A model generated the notes under the pieces. That model was given only the letters and a program-made list of their open reading frames with translations, was not told where the DNA came from and did not search any database. Position numbers and translations under genes: made by a program. A stretch of DNA of 64,000 bases, from positions 47,941 to 111,940 of IMG/VR virus record IMGVR_UViG_3300020042_011666. One strand, given 5' to 3'. Positions 47,944 to 56,475 of this stretch are shown here, in pieces. This stretch comes from a virus. Positions within the stretch are counted from its first letter, which is position 1, and every line of letters starts with the position of its first letter.

Positions 47944-48652
47944 CTATAGGTAGAGCAACGCCCTCCTCAACGCCGTTTGGCCCATCAAAGTCAAACTTTA
48001 GGTCAACATCGGGTTGTATTCGGCGAATATACTCGCGTAACGCGCGCGAATCTTGCGCTAAAAGGTAGTTATCAACAAACCCGCGAATAACCTTAGGCTC
48101 GCGGTTATCTTCGATAGAAGTAATCATATACTTCAAACGAGTTGATAATTCGGGAACGTTATCTTTATTAATTTTCTTTAATCCCTCTAATTCACGGTCA
48201 ATCTTTAATTCATCCCCGTGTGTTAAGATTTTAAAGGTTAAATTAGTGCCTGATTTAGGTAAGGTAAATTTAAATTCATTAATACCCTGAGAAATTAGTG
48301 ATTCATCAAGGGGTTTATCTTGCATTGTTGTTAAATCAACAGTTACCTCTTGTCCTTTATATTGGAATGAGTAATCTTTACCATATCCTAAGACACGGGC
48401 AGCAATCATAATTGCATTCTTGTCACCAATGATTAAATCATTATAATCAATGTCTGATACAATTAAGGATTGAAGTAGTTTATCCAACACAATACCTTTT
48501 TGGATATATGATTGGTTAGTAAGGATATCTTCCTCACGAGCGGTCATGTACTTCATTTCAAGGTTTCCGCTAGATAAAGGATTAGATTTGGGGTAAAGTA
48601 GACCTTTGGATGGTAAATCTACAGCTTCGGTGGGCATTTTAAATTCGCTCAT
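47915..48652 (-). CDS. tail assembly chaperone / baseplate hub assembly protein (T4 gp26/gp51-like)
   Basis: VDLPSKG..Y, MKYMTAREEDILT, GDKNAIMIAAR..GYG, FTLP; between tube and tape measure. Confidence 0.8.
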   Translation of the reverse strand: MSEFKMPTEAVDLPSKGLLYPKSNPLSSGNLEMKYMTAREEDILTNQSYIQKGIVLDKLLQSLIVSDIDYNDLIIGDKNAIMIAARVLGYGKDYSFQYKGQEVTVDLTTMQDKPLDESLISQGINEFKFTLPKSGTNLTFKILTHGDELKIDRELEGLKKINKDNVPELSTRLKYMITSIEDNREPKVIRGFVDNYLLAQDSRALREYIRRIQPDVDLKFDFDGPNGVEEGVALPIGLSFFWPDA

Positions 48653-48695
48653 AATTTATTATAACTTTATTGTTGTATATAAATATATAAAAATA

Positions 48696-48728
48696 CAAGA
48701 AGGCCTGCCAAAAGACAAGCCTTTCTTG
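48696..48728 (-). terminator. hairpin / terminator after the tail tube gene
   Basis: AAGGCUUGUC-UUUU-GGCAGGCCUU stem followed by U-rich sequence. Confidence 0.65.
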
Positions 48729-48746
48729 AAAAATATGCAATACTTC

Positions 48747-49235
48747 TTAGAAGTTCAATACACAGTAATCCATTCCTAATGTCATGGTAAGGTTTTGTGC
48801 TTCAGCTTCTGTATCCCAGTTGTATTCACCGAAATCAGCAGTTTTAATAAAAGCACCCATTAACACCCATTCAGAAACGATATCACCTACAGGACCTAAA
48901 ACATCCAATACAATATCTTTCTTATAGAAATCAGCATAACCATCACGGCCCGTTACTGATTCATGGTGTAAACGAACCCATTCCATAGTTGCTTGAGCGC
49001 CTGAAGGAGTGATAGGATCAAACAATGTTAGTGTTACATCGTTCCACAACATTTTACCTTTAATTTTACGGTAAACGTTGATGTGGTTTAATTTAATTTC
49101 ACTTTGATCAAATCCTAACCCATTAATTCCTTTAATCATGTATGATGGAAAACCATCAACGTACATGATAAAACGGTTTTTTACCTTAGGTTCAAAGGCA
49201 GTGAAAAATATTTCGTTAGAGCTTAAAATTGCCAT
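48747..49235 (-). CDS. tail tube protein (T4 gp19-like)
   Basis: EPKVKNRF, KGKMLWNDVTLTLFD, YKKD..L..LGPVGD..SEW.L.GAF; follows sheath. Confidence 0.9.
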   Translation of the reverse strand: MAILSSNEIFFTAFEPKVKNRFIMYVDGFPSYMIKGINGLGFDQSEIKLNHINVYRKIKGKMLWNDVTLTLFDPITPSGAQATMEWVRLHHESVTGRDGYADFYKKDIVLDVLGPVGDIVSEWVLMGAFIKTADFGEYNWDTEAEAQNLTMTLGMDYCVLNF

Positions 49236-49248
49236 GTTCTTATTTTAT

Positions 49249-49256
49249 TATAAATA
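49249..49256 (-). promoter_or_regulatory. putative late promoter TATTTATA (tail tube)
   Basis: Recurrent motif upstream of structural genes. Confidence 0.6.
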
Positions 49257-49259
49257 TTA

Positions 49260-50963
49260 TTACTCAAAAGAGGCTCCAGTAGGAAGAATATTAAAGTTTA
49301 ACACTACAAATTCCGCAGTTTTAGTTGGTTGAATATAAATAGCACCTACTAATTGGTTGCGGTCAATAACATCAGCTGTGTTGTTTGATTCATCCATTAC
49401 TACCTTATATGCATACAAACCTTGACGTTGTTGTACTGATGCTAAGTATGGGTTAACTTGGGACAAGAAGCTGTTACGAGTTGCAACGCTGTTTTGTTCA
49501 AATACCAAGTTATTACTTATACCACCAATATAATTTTTCAAAGAGATCAACAAACGACGAACGTTTACGCGATCCAAAGCACTTGCTTTAGTTTGTAATG
49601 TTTTCTGCCCAAATACTACAATACCTTGTCCTGGGAATGTTGCAATTGGGTTAACTTTACCTAAGTATAATGTATCACGGTTTGATTGAGATAATTTCTG
49701 TTCAACACGCAATACTGTTGATAAACCACCACGATTAAATCCAGCAGGTGCAAACCATTCAGCCGCAACGCTATCATTATAGGAATAAACACCAGGCATC
49801 ATGCTAGAGGCAGGTACCCAAACATTTTTATCAGTTTCAACATCAGAAATTTGTAACCAAGGCCAGTAAGTAGTAGCGTATGAGTTATCAATTGAGGCAG
49901 CGTTAGTAACTGCGGTTCCAACATTTGATCCATATCCTACCATATCAGTTACATAAATTGCATCACCACGATTTTGAGTGTTTGAAATAATATTTGATAT
50001 AGTTGAGCTATAGTCGGTCTTGTACAAACCAGGAGTAACTAATACGTTGTATTTGTAGTCATCTTTATTGCTTAACAAAGCAATCATATTAGTGTAGTTA
50101 TCAGAAACTAAACCTTGTGTGTTTGATGCATTAATATTGTTATAAAAATTAGCACCTACTTTTACATCACCCGTTGCGCCAGTGAATGAACCACTTGCTA
50201 ATATTGGAAGTGAAGAAGTAAACTGTGATTTTGCTACACCGTTATTATCAAAATAATCAGGAGTAGTTAAATTAATAGATTTAACACGAACATAAGCTGA
50301 TTTATTAGGGTAAGAACCAGATACTTCAATTTGGTTAGTGGTTGAATTATAATTGTAAACATAATCACCAAGTACTTTAACAATAAAGTTAGATGTTTTA
50401 GGGTCTAAAGATAAACCTGACCATGTTTCCATTACTGATTTAGTATTAGAGGTATCATTACCTTGACGAATCAATAAAGTAAATGTTCCAGATCCAGTAT
50501 CACGTTGTGAAATTTCCCAACGAACATTGTTTACAGAACCACTTGCTAATTGTCCTGCACTTCCTTCACTTGAACTACTGTTCATGATAATACCTTTAGA
50601 TAAGGTTTCTAATACAAAAGCAGGTTGTGATGATGCTTGAGTAGAAGCGGAAATTGCGGTTGATGTAGCAGAGGTATAAGAACCAGATACTACACGAGCA
50701 ACTAATAAACTAGTTCCCCCGTTATTAAAGTAGCTATAAGCGGTAATACCTGTAAAGAAACTGTAAACATCACTGCCACTTGTAACAGCACCACCAAAAA
50801 TTTGTTTAAACTGTGAGTAACTTGTTACTAATGTAGGAATTTCTACAGGACCTTTTGCGGTAGGACCGATAATTGCGGCTCCAACTACAGGAGGCTGCGA
50901 AGTTACCTGAGACTGGTCGTTCTCATTGGTAAATACGCCTGGGGATATAATTTGTTCTGCCAT
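49260..50963 (-). CDS. tail sheath protein (T4 gp18-like)
   Basis: SPGVFTNEND, GPTAKGP, YWPW, WFAPAGFNRG, VNPI, GQKTL, DRVNVRRLL, IQPTKTAEF. Confidence 0.96.
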   Translation of the reverse strand: MAEQIISPGVFTNENDQSQVTSQPPVVGAAIIGPTAKGPVEIPTLVTSYSQFKQIFGGAVTSGSDVYSFFTGITAYSYFNNGGTSLLVARVVSGSYTSATSTAISASTQASSQPAFVLETLSKGIIMNSSSSEGSAGQLASGSVNNVRWEISQRDTGSGTFTLLIRQGNDTSNTKSVMETWSGLSLDPKTSNFIVKVLGDYVYNYNSTTNQIEVSGSYPNKSAYVRVKSINLTTPDYFDNNGVAKSQFTSSLPILASGSFTGATGDVKVGANFYNNINASNTQGLVSDNYTNMIALLSNKDDYKYNVLVTPGLYKTDYSSTISNIISNTQNRGDAIYVTDMVGYGSNVGTAVTNAASIDNSYATTYWPWLQISDVETDKNVWVPASSMMPGVYSYNDSVAAEWFAPAGFNRGGLSTVLRVEQKLSQSNRDTLYLGKVNPIATFPGQGIVVFGQKTLQTKASALDRVNVRRLLISLKNYIGGISNNLVFEQNSVATRNSFLSQVNPYLASVQQRQGLYAYKVVMDESNNTADVIDRNQLVGAIYIQPTKTAEFVVLNFNILPTGASFE

Positions 50964-50973
50964 GTTATTTTGT

Positions 50974-50981
50974 TATAAATA
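50974..50981 (-). promoter_or_regulatory. putative late promoter TATTTATA (tail sheath)
   Basis: Recurrent motif upstream of structural genes. Confidence 0.6.
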
Positions 50982-51013
50982 TTACAGAACCTTGTAAAAA
51001 ACCTTAAAATTAT

Positions 51014-51790
51014 TTAAATATAAGTACCAATAAAGGTAAAATCAGTATTTGCTACATTACTTACAAAAGTAATGGTAGTAGGACTAGTTAAAGTTACACT
51101 CACGGTAGCGCTTGATTGAGAAGGTGCAACACCAAAAAATAGGTTTTGGTTTAATGTTTTACCTGTTAAATCAAGAGGAGTTACAGTAACCACACTAGTG
51201 TATGGAGGAGTTGCTCCTGTTTTACCTGCTCCGGCAAACATTTTTAACAACCCTACAACTGATACTGATGAGCCGCTTGGAATATAGTGCCCTGATAATT
51301 GTCCGGTTGAAGTAGCAGTATTTGCAATACTTGCTGTAGCGGCATAAGATGCAGATGTTGCTGTTCCTGTAATATTTCCTATAACACTACCAGATAATGA
51401 GCCTGTAAGTGAGGTAAAATTAGCAGAACTACCTGAAACTACACCTGTAGTTAAAGTATTAGATGAAGGATTATAGTAAGGGCCATTTGCCCCATCAGCG
51501 GCTAATTCATAATGACTTCCTAAAGCACCTGTACTGTTTTTAAATACTAAAGTATAATCAATATTAGTTGAAGAATTTGAGGCAATAAAAACTTTACTTC
51601 CAGAGTATGCATGAGAAGAAGTAGCAAATAAACTTCCCGTAATAGATAAAGAACCGGATAAATTAATATCGTATGCTTTTACACCTGTAAAGGCATCAAT
51701 TGATTGTGATACATGCCATGCCTCAATAGTATAGTTTTGGTCTACTTGGTCAATACCAGGTGAAAATATCTGTTTTAATACGTTTGCCAT
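51014..51790 (-). CDS. fibre-like virion structural protein
   Basis: Ser/Gly/Thr-rich repeats (SGSL, TGSL, TASYA). Confidence 0.6.
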   Translation of the reverse strand: MANVLKQIFSPGIDQVDQNYTIEAWHVSQSIDAFTGVKAYDINLSGSLSITGSLFATSSHAYSGSKVFIASNSSTNIDYTLVFKNSTGALGSHYELAADGANGPYYNPSSNTLTTGVVSGSSANFTSLTGSLSGSVIGNITGTATSASYAATASIANTATSTGQLSGHYIPSGSSVSVVGLLKMFAGAGKTGATPPYTSVVTVTPLDLTGKTLNQNLFFGVAPSQSSATVSVTLTSPTTITFVSNVANTDFTFIGTYI

Positions 51791-51812
51791 TTATTATAAA
51801 TATTTAAGAAAC

Positions 51813-51842
51813 AAAAAAAAAAAAGGCCCTTTAATAAGGGCC
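51813..51842 (-). terminator. intrinsic terminator
   Basis: GGCCCTT-ATTA-AAGGGCC followed by T12. Confidence 0.85.
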
Positions 51843-51863
51843 CTTAATGTTAAGCACAATAAA

Positions 51864-52124
51864 TTACTCTTTTACAGGTTCAGGAGTAAATTCTCCAGTT
51901 TCGATGCTAATTGATCCGACACCGTACTTGTCGCTCAATTCTTTACCCAAAGTTTGTTCTTCGGTCTTTAATTCACTAAGGAAAGTAAGAACTTCTTCTT
52001 TACGAGAATCTAAATTAATTTTAGATAATTCGATGTTTCCTAATTCACTTACTACAGCATTGTACTTTTGCTGAATTGCTTGAAGTTGTTCAACTTCTTC
52101 TACTGCTAATTTAACTGGTTCCAT
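51864..52124 (-). CDS. small coiled-coil protein (possible fibre assembly chaperone)
   Basis: Coiled coil plus KYGVGSISIETGEF; TATTTATA upstream. Confidence 0.6.
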   Translation of the reverse strand: MEPVKLAVEEVEQLQAIQQKYNAVVSELGNIELSKINLDSRKEEVLTFLSELKTEEQTLGKELSDKYGVGSISIETGEFTPEPVKE

Positions 52125-52165
52125 AACGTTATTTTGTATAAATATATTGTTTTTTAGTTAAAATT

Positions 52166-52729
52166 TTACCCTTTTATTGTTTTTAAGTTTCGTTTTGTAT
52201 CTTCAATATACGCAGGGATCATCTTATAATCAACTAATAGTTCATTAAACATTCTTCTTGCATCATCCCTTCCTCCAATATACCAAATTGTAACTGCTTT
52301 TTGAAATACAACTACGTAATCACCTACGTACCCAATATCTGATCTGGTTTCTTTTTTATTCGGTATAAATTCTTCGGCTAGGCAGATTGCATTGTGTGCT
52401 TCATGCCATTCCCCTCCTAATTCGTAAACCAGACTTAGAATCCAGTATGCTTCAGGTCTTTGCGGTCTTACGTTAATGGCATGATAAAGTAAACTCTTAG
52501 TTGAGAAAATACGTCTACCTTGTTTTTTAAATCCTAGAGCAGCTCTGATTAATGCCTCATATACTAAATCCGGATCAGAAGATAATTCTGCCGTCCTTAA
52601 GTAAAATGATAAAGCAGAAGCATAATGTCCTTCAAAGTCGTATAGACAACCTAAATTAAAATTCTTTTCCGGATGATGTGGGTCTATAACGTATGCATGT
52701 AATACGTTTTGAAAGTCTATTTTACTCAT
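52166..52729 (-). CDS. TPR-repeat protein
   Basis: FNLGCLY...ASALSFYLR; AINVRPQRPEAYWIL. Confidence 0.75.
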   Translation of the reverse strand: MSKIDFQNVLHAYVIDPHHPEKNFNLGCLYDFEGHYASALSFYLRTAELSSDPDLVYEALIRAALGFKKQGRRIFSTKSLLYHAINVRPQRPEAYWILSLVYELGGEWHEAHNAICLAEEFIPNKKETRSDIGYVGDYVVVFQKAVTIWYIGGRDDARRMFNELLVDYKMIPAYIEDTKRNLKTIKG

Positions 52730-53708
52730 TGTTTATTAATTCCTCCACTAAATCTTTAGGTACTCTTAATGCAAAAGCTGCATTATCTTGATAACCGTAT
52801 GTTATAATTAAATCTCCGTCAATTTCAACAGCACCGCACACGAATTCAATCTGGGCTCCCATAAGGTTGATTTCATCTGAATATTTAACTAAGTTCCAAT
52901 CTTTATCCCATACTAAAATTCTATGAGTATAAATTGAATCTTTATTTCCTCCTTCATTATACCAAAAGGTACATTCGTGAATAATTCCTAACTTATATTC
53001 TCCCCAGTTAATTACATTAGAACCGCCTCTCATTTCCTGATTGGTTGTAATAGTTTGAGGTACTAAAGCAATAGTTTCACTCGATTCTGTTTTTAAATCA
53101 ACTTTAACTACTTCTGTTGGATTAGTCCATTTAACAAAATGGAAAGGCATGTCGTTAATCGGCATCCAATTCTTCTCACAATAAGAAGGTACGTTGTTTG
53201 GAGGCTGAATCCTATACCTTGTTTTTTCTACTACTGAATTTTTAGTAATAGTAATTTCGGATAATTCCATTCTACCTTCTCCGTTGGTAGTTGTATCTCT
53301 CCTTACCCCGCAGATAAAGTATTTACCGTCCCATTTAACAAGCCGGGCATCCTCTAATCCAATAAATTCCCAAAGTGGTGGTACGTCTAAATTGCTAGTA
53401 TCTACTTTAAAGTATTTTTTAACAGATAGATCTTTATTTAAATAACAAAAGTAATTTGTTGTTCGTAAAGTTCTATCATCTTCCGGATGAAGGTATGATA
53501 ACGGTCCCCATCTTCCTTGAAACTTCTGTTTAAATTCAGAATGGTACATATTGTAGCCAACATGCCTCAGAATTGCTAATGTATTATTTCCATCTACTAG
53601 AATAGAGGGATTACACAATCCTGTCCCTTCGGTATGCTCAGATGATATTTTTAGAGGAGTAATACTACCGCCTCTTTCTAAAACTAGTTTAGCTAGATTG
53701 TAAATCAT
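52722..53708 (-). CDS. five-bladed beta-propeller glycosidase/phosphorylase-like (GH130/GH43-like)
   Basis: CNPSI, GLEDARL, EKNWMP, RGGS, IEFVCG, TYGYQD. Confidence 0.7.
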   Translation of the reverse strand: MIYNLAKLVLERGGSITPLKISSEHTEGTGLCNPSILVDGNNTLAILRHVGYNMYHSEFKQKFQGRWGPLSYLHPEDDRTLRTTNYFCYLNKDLSVKKYFKVDTSNLDVPPLWEFIGLEDARLVKWDGKYFICGVRRDTTTNGEGRMELSEITITKNSVVEKTRYRIQPPNNVPSYCEKNWMPINDMPFHFVKWTNPTEVVKVDLKTESSETIALVPQTITTNQEMRGGSNVINWGEYKLGIIHECTFWYNEGGNKDSIYTHRILVWDKDWNLVKYSDEINLMGAQIEFVCGAVEIDGDLIITYGYQDNAAFALRVPKDLVEELINNE

Positions 53709-53713
53709 TTATA

Positions 53714-53744
53714 TAAAGATAATAACTTTTATTTAAAAAGCCAA
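53714..53744 (-). promoter_or_regulatory. Bacteroidota sigma-A-type promoter
   Basis: TTG-N20-TATCTTTA. Confidence 0.6.
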
Positions 53745-53748
53745 GCTC

Positions 53749-53853
53749 TTATCGCTTATCTTTTGTTCCACATACAGAGCATTTATTATCCTTATCTAAA
53801 GGTCTGTACTCACCGCACTCTACACAATTGTCTGTAATTTGATTATATACCAT
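53749..53853 (-). CDS. tiny zinc-ribbon protein (34 aa, not in ORF track)
   Basis: MVYNQITDNCVECGEYRPLDKDNKCSVCGTKDKR*. Confidence 0.5.
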   Translation of the reverse strand: MVYNQITDNCVECGEYRPLDKDNKCSVCGTKDKR

Positions 53854-54529
53854 ATTTGTTTTTAATTCCTAAGTAATTTTGATAAACTTCGCTTGCGGAT
53901 AGTGCTTTATTCCAGATATAAATAGAACTAATCTCAGCTAGGTTAGCAGTGTAATATTCAAAAATATAAATTGGAGCAGTACCTGCTGATTTTGGGTTAG
54001 AAGCTCCTACAGCTCCTATCGATACCCCATTAATGTAGGTTGTAACAGTTCCTGCATCTTTTGTAGCTCCAATAAAATAAGTTGTGCCTATAACAAATTC
54101 GGGACCGTTGAGTTCTAACCCAAAATTAGGACCGTTATATCCAGGAGCATATTGCCAGTGCATCCATCTAATACTAGGGAATCTCCATATAGCTGGAGAT
54201 CGATCTGTTCCTCCAGCATTATAGCTAAATATTTTTTCCCATCCTCCTGTATATCCGTTAGGGTAAGTCGCAGTAGATTTAATTTTTAATGTATAAAATA
54301 TAGAATGGTAATCTGTATTTAAAATATCAGTAGTAGATGTTGCTCCAGTTGTTCCTGAGGCGATTGCATATGGTGTTGTTCCCATAAATGCTGCTCCTGT
54401 TAGGTTTAGTTTATTTGGTCCTAAATCATAAGCTGTACTTCCTGCTCCGGGATAGGATTTAGTATTAGTGGTGTCAATAGCCCACTGTAAATTTGAACTG
54501 ACTATATTTGGTCCTCCGGCTGCTCCCAT
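53843..54529 (-). CDS. LamG/ConA-like lectin-domain virion protein
   Basis: GPNIV...SYPGAG N-cap; YING, WNKALSASEV.QNY..K.KYGI. Confidence 0.8.
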   Translation of the reverse strand: MGAAGGPNIVSSNLQWAIDTTNTKSYPGAGSTAYDLGPNKLNLTGAAFMGTTPYAIASGTTGATSTTDILNTDYHSIFYTLKIKSTATYPNGYTGGWEKIFSYNAGGTDRSPAIWRFPSIRWMHWQYAPGYNGPNFGLELNGPEFVIGTTYFIGATKDAGTVTTYINGVSIGAVGASNPKSAGTAPIYIFEYYTANLAEISSIYIWNKALSASEVYQNYLGIKNKYGI

Positions 54530-54540
54530 ATTTATAAATA

Positions 54541-55728
54541 CTAGATTCCGAAACGATATCGGTTTGCTTCAAAATTTTGTGCAACTTCAAGATCGGTTAA
54601 TGCTTTATTATAAATTTTTGCAATAGGAATATAACCGGTAAAATAGCCAGATCCAAATTCTCTACTAATTAAGATATTTGTAGTTCCTATGAATGATGCT
54701 ATTCCGCCTGATCCTTGTAATACTCCGTTTTTAAATATGGAGGCTAAACCAGTTGCTGCATTATACCTAAATACAATGTGATACCAGTTATTTATAGTAA
54801 CGGTTCCAGCTTGATAATCAGATGCGTAATGTCCCATATAGATATTACTACCTCTAAAGGTTAAGTGTAATCCTTGTCTATATGCTGTTTGATCTGTACC
54901 AAACATATTCTTATCGTTTGAAAGTACTGTTGGGTAACAAAAACATTCGGCCGTATAAGAGGCATCATACATTCCTAACTGGGATGCTGTTTTACCTATA
55001 TCTAGATAATCATTAGTTCCATCAAATATCATTTCAGCGTTTGAATCGAAAGATACAAGATTTAAATCTAATGTAGAATTACTAATAAAAGGAATCATTG
55101 CTTGAGTTCCTGAACGAGTACCTAATACTAAAGGAGTGCAGTGTGCTTTTTGTTCAACTTGGTATCCAAAATAGTAAACTTTATCATTTAAAGAAGTTCC
55201 CGTATAACTACTCATGTAAATACCATTCTCGTTAGCTTGAGTTGTAACTGTTGCTTTTAGTAGCAGCCATTGATTTTTTGGCCAATTAGCACCATTCGTA
55301 TCTCCATTATATGCAAAGTAAGCTAGTAAGTCGTTATTTACTGCTGTTCTTACATAAGGATAAATTTGCATTGAAGTTCCGGTAAAGTAGTACCAGATTG
55401 AAAAACTGTAAATAGTAGAAGGAGATATTGTAATTACACTACTCCCTAATTGCTGATTACTTCCTGTGCCTGTTACTAGTGAACTAAAAATAAAGAGGTT
55501 GCTTGTATTTACGTTAGGAATAACTGGTTTTGGAATGCTAGTATCATTATCGTTAAAAGTTGCATTACCTCCGTTAACCCACCAGTTACTATTTGAATTT
55601 AAGTTGTTGTTAACTGCATAAGCAATATTTGTTGTAGGTTCTCCAATATACGAAGTTACTGTATTACCTGTATCGTAAGCAAATACTAATCCTGCTTCTG
55701 CTGTATTGGGTCCTGCTGCTCCTGCCAT
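54541..55728 (-). CDS. LamG protein with inserted carbohydrate-binding-like module
   Basis: GLVFAYDTGN..SYIGEPTTN, insert, FDGTNDY, WYHI, YNKALTDLEVAQNF...RFGI. Confidence 0.8.
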   Translation of the reverse strand: MAGAAGPNTAEAGLVFAYDTGNTVTSYIGEPTTNIAYAVNNNLNSNSNWWVNGGNATFNDNDTSIPKPVIPNVNTSNLFIFSSLVTGTGSNQQLGSSVITISPSTIYSFSIWYYFTGTSMQIYPYVRTAVNNDLLAYFAYNGDTNGANWPKNQWLLLKATVTTQANENGIYMSSYTGTSLNDKVYYFGYQVEQKAHCTPLVLGTRSGTQAMIPFISNSTLDLNLVSFDSNAEMIFDGTNDYLDIGKTASQLGMYDASYTAECFCYPTVLSNDKNMFGTDQTAYRQGLHLTFRGSNIYMGHYASDYQAGTVTINNWYHIVFRYNAATGLASIFKNGVLQGSGGIASFIGTTNILISREFGSGYFTGYIPIAKIYNKALTDLEVAQNFEANRYRFGI

Positions 55729-55740
55729 TGTGTATAAATA

Positions 55741-56472
55741 TTAAAGACCGAATCGTCCTTTTGTTGCGTTATAGTTTTGGGCTACTTCGGTTGCCGATAG
55801 TTGTCTATTATATCCTTTATATGCTGCTAAATCTCCGGCTATGGAAAATCCGGTATTCCCTCCCCAACCTTCTCCATAGGGATATAAGGTCATTAAACAA
55901 AGAGGTATACCGTTATTTCCAACAGCCGAAGCTCCTCCAGTTAATCCATGACTTGCGGTTCCAGAGTATTGTCCTCCGTTAATGTAATATCCTATTTGTG
56001 TTGGGTTTGCCCATAGTGTTAGATTTGTCCAGTTGCCTGTAGCTATGCTAATAGCATAACCTATTTCATAACTATAGTCATTTCCTCCAGATCCTACTAA
56101 CAAAGAAAAGGAACCGGCACCTATAAGCATGTTGTATCTTCCGCTTCCGTTCCAAGGTTTTGATATTATAAGTCCGGAGGCATCGGAAGTTCTTATCCAA
56201 ACATCGTATGTAAAAGAGCTATTGCCTACACTTCCATCTGCGGTCCAAGCATAAAGATCAGCTGCTCCTCCGGGATTAGCATAATCGTTTGTTCCATCAA
56301 AATTAATATAGCTTGAATAATAAGTTGGACTGTTTAATAAAGTTGCAGTTCTATTATTTCCCGATAGGTCATACCAAGAAATTCCAGAACCTACATTAGA
56401 GTTAGAATTAGCAGCATCTAATGCTACTATCAATCCATTGTCTATTAAGTTCGGTCCTCCTAGTACTCCCAT
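55741..56472 (-). CDS. LamG/ConA-like lectin-domain virion protein
   Basis: GLIVALDAAN, WYDLSGN, FDGTNDY, YNRQLSATEVAQNY...RFGL. Confidence 0.85.
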   Translation of the reverse strand: MGVLGGPNLIDNGLIVALDAANSNSNVGSGISWYDLSGNNRTATLLNSPTYYSSYINFDGTNDYANPGGAADLYAWTADGSVGNSSFTYDVWIRTSDASGLIISKPWNGSGRYNMLIGAGSFSLLVGSGGNDYSYEIGYAISIATGNWTNLTLWANPTQIGYYINGGQYSGTASHGLTGGASAVGNNGIPLCLMTLYPYGEGWGGNTGFSIAGDLAAYKGYNRQLSATEVAQNYNATKGRFGL

Positions 56473-56475
56473 AAT

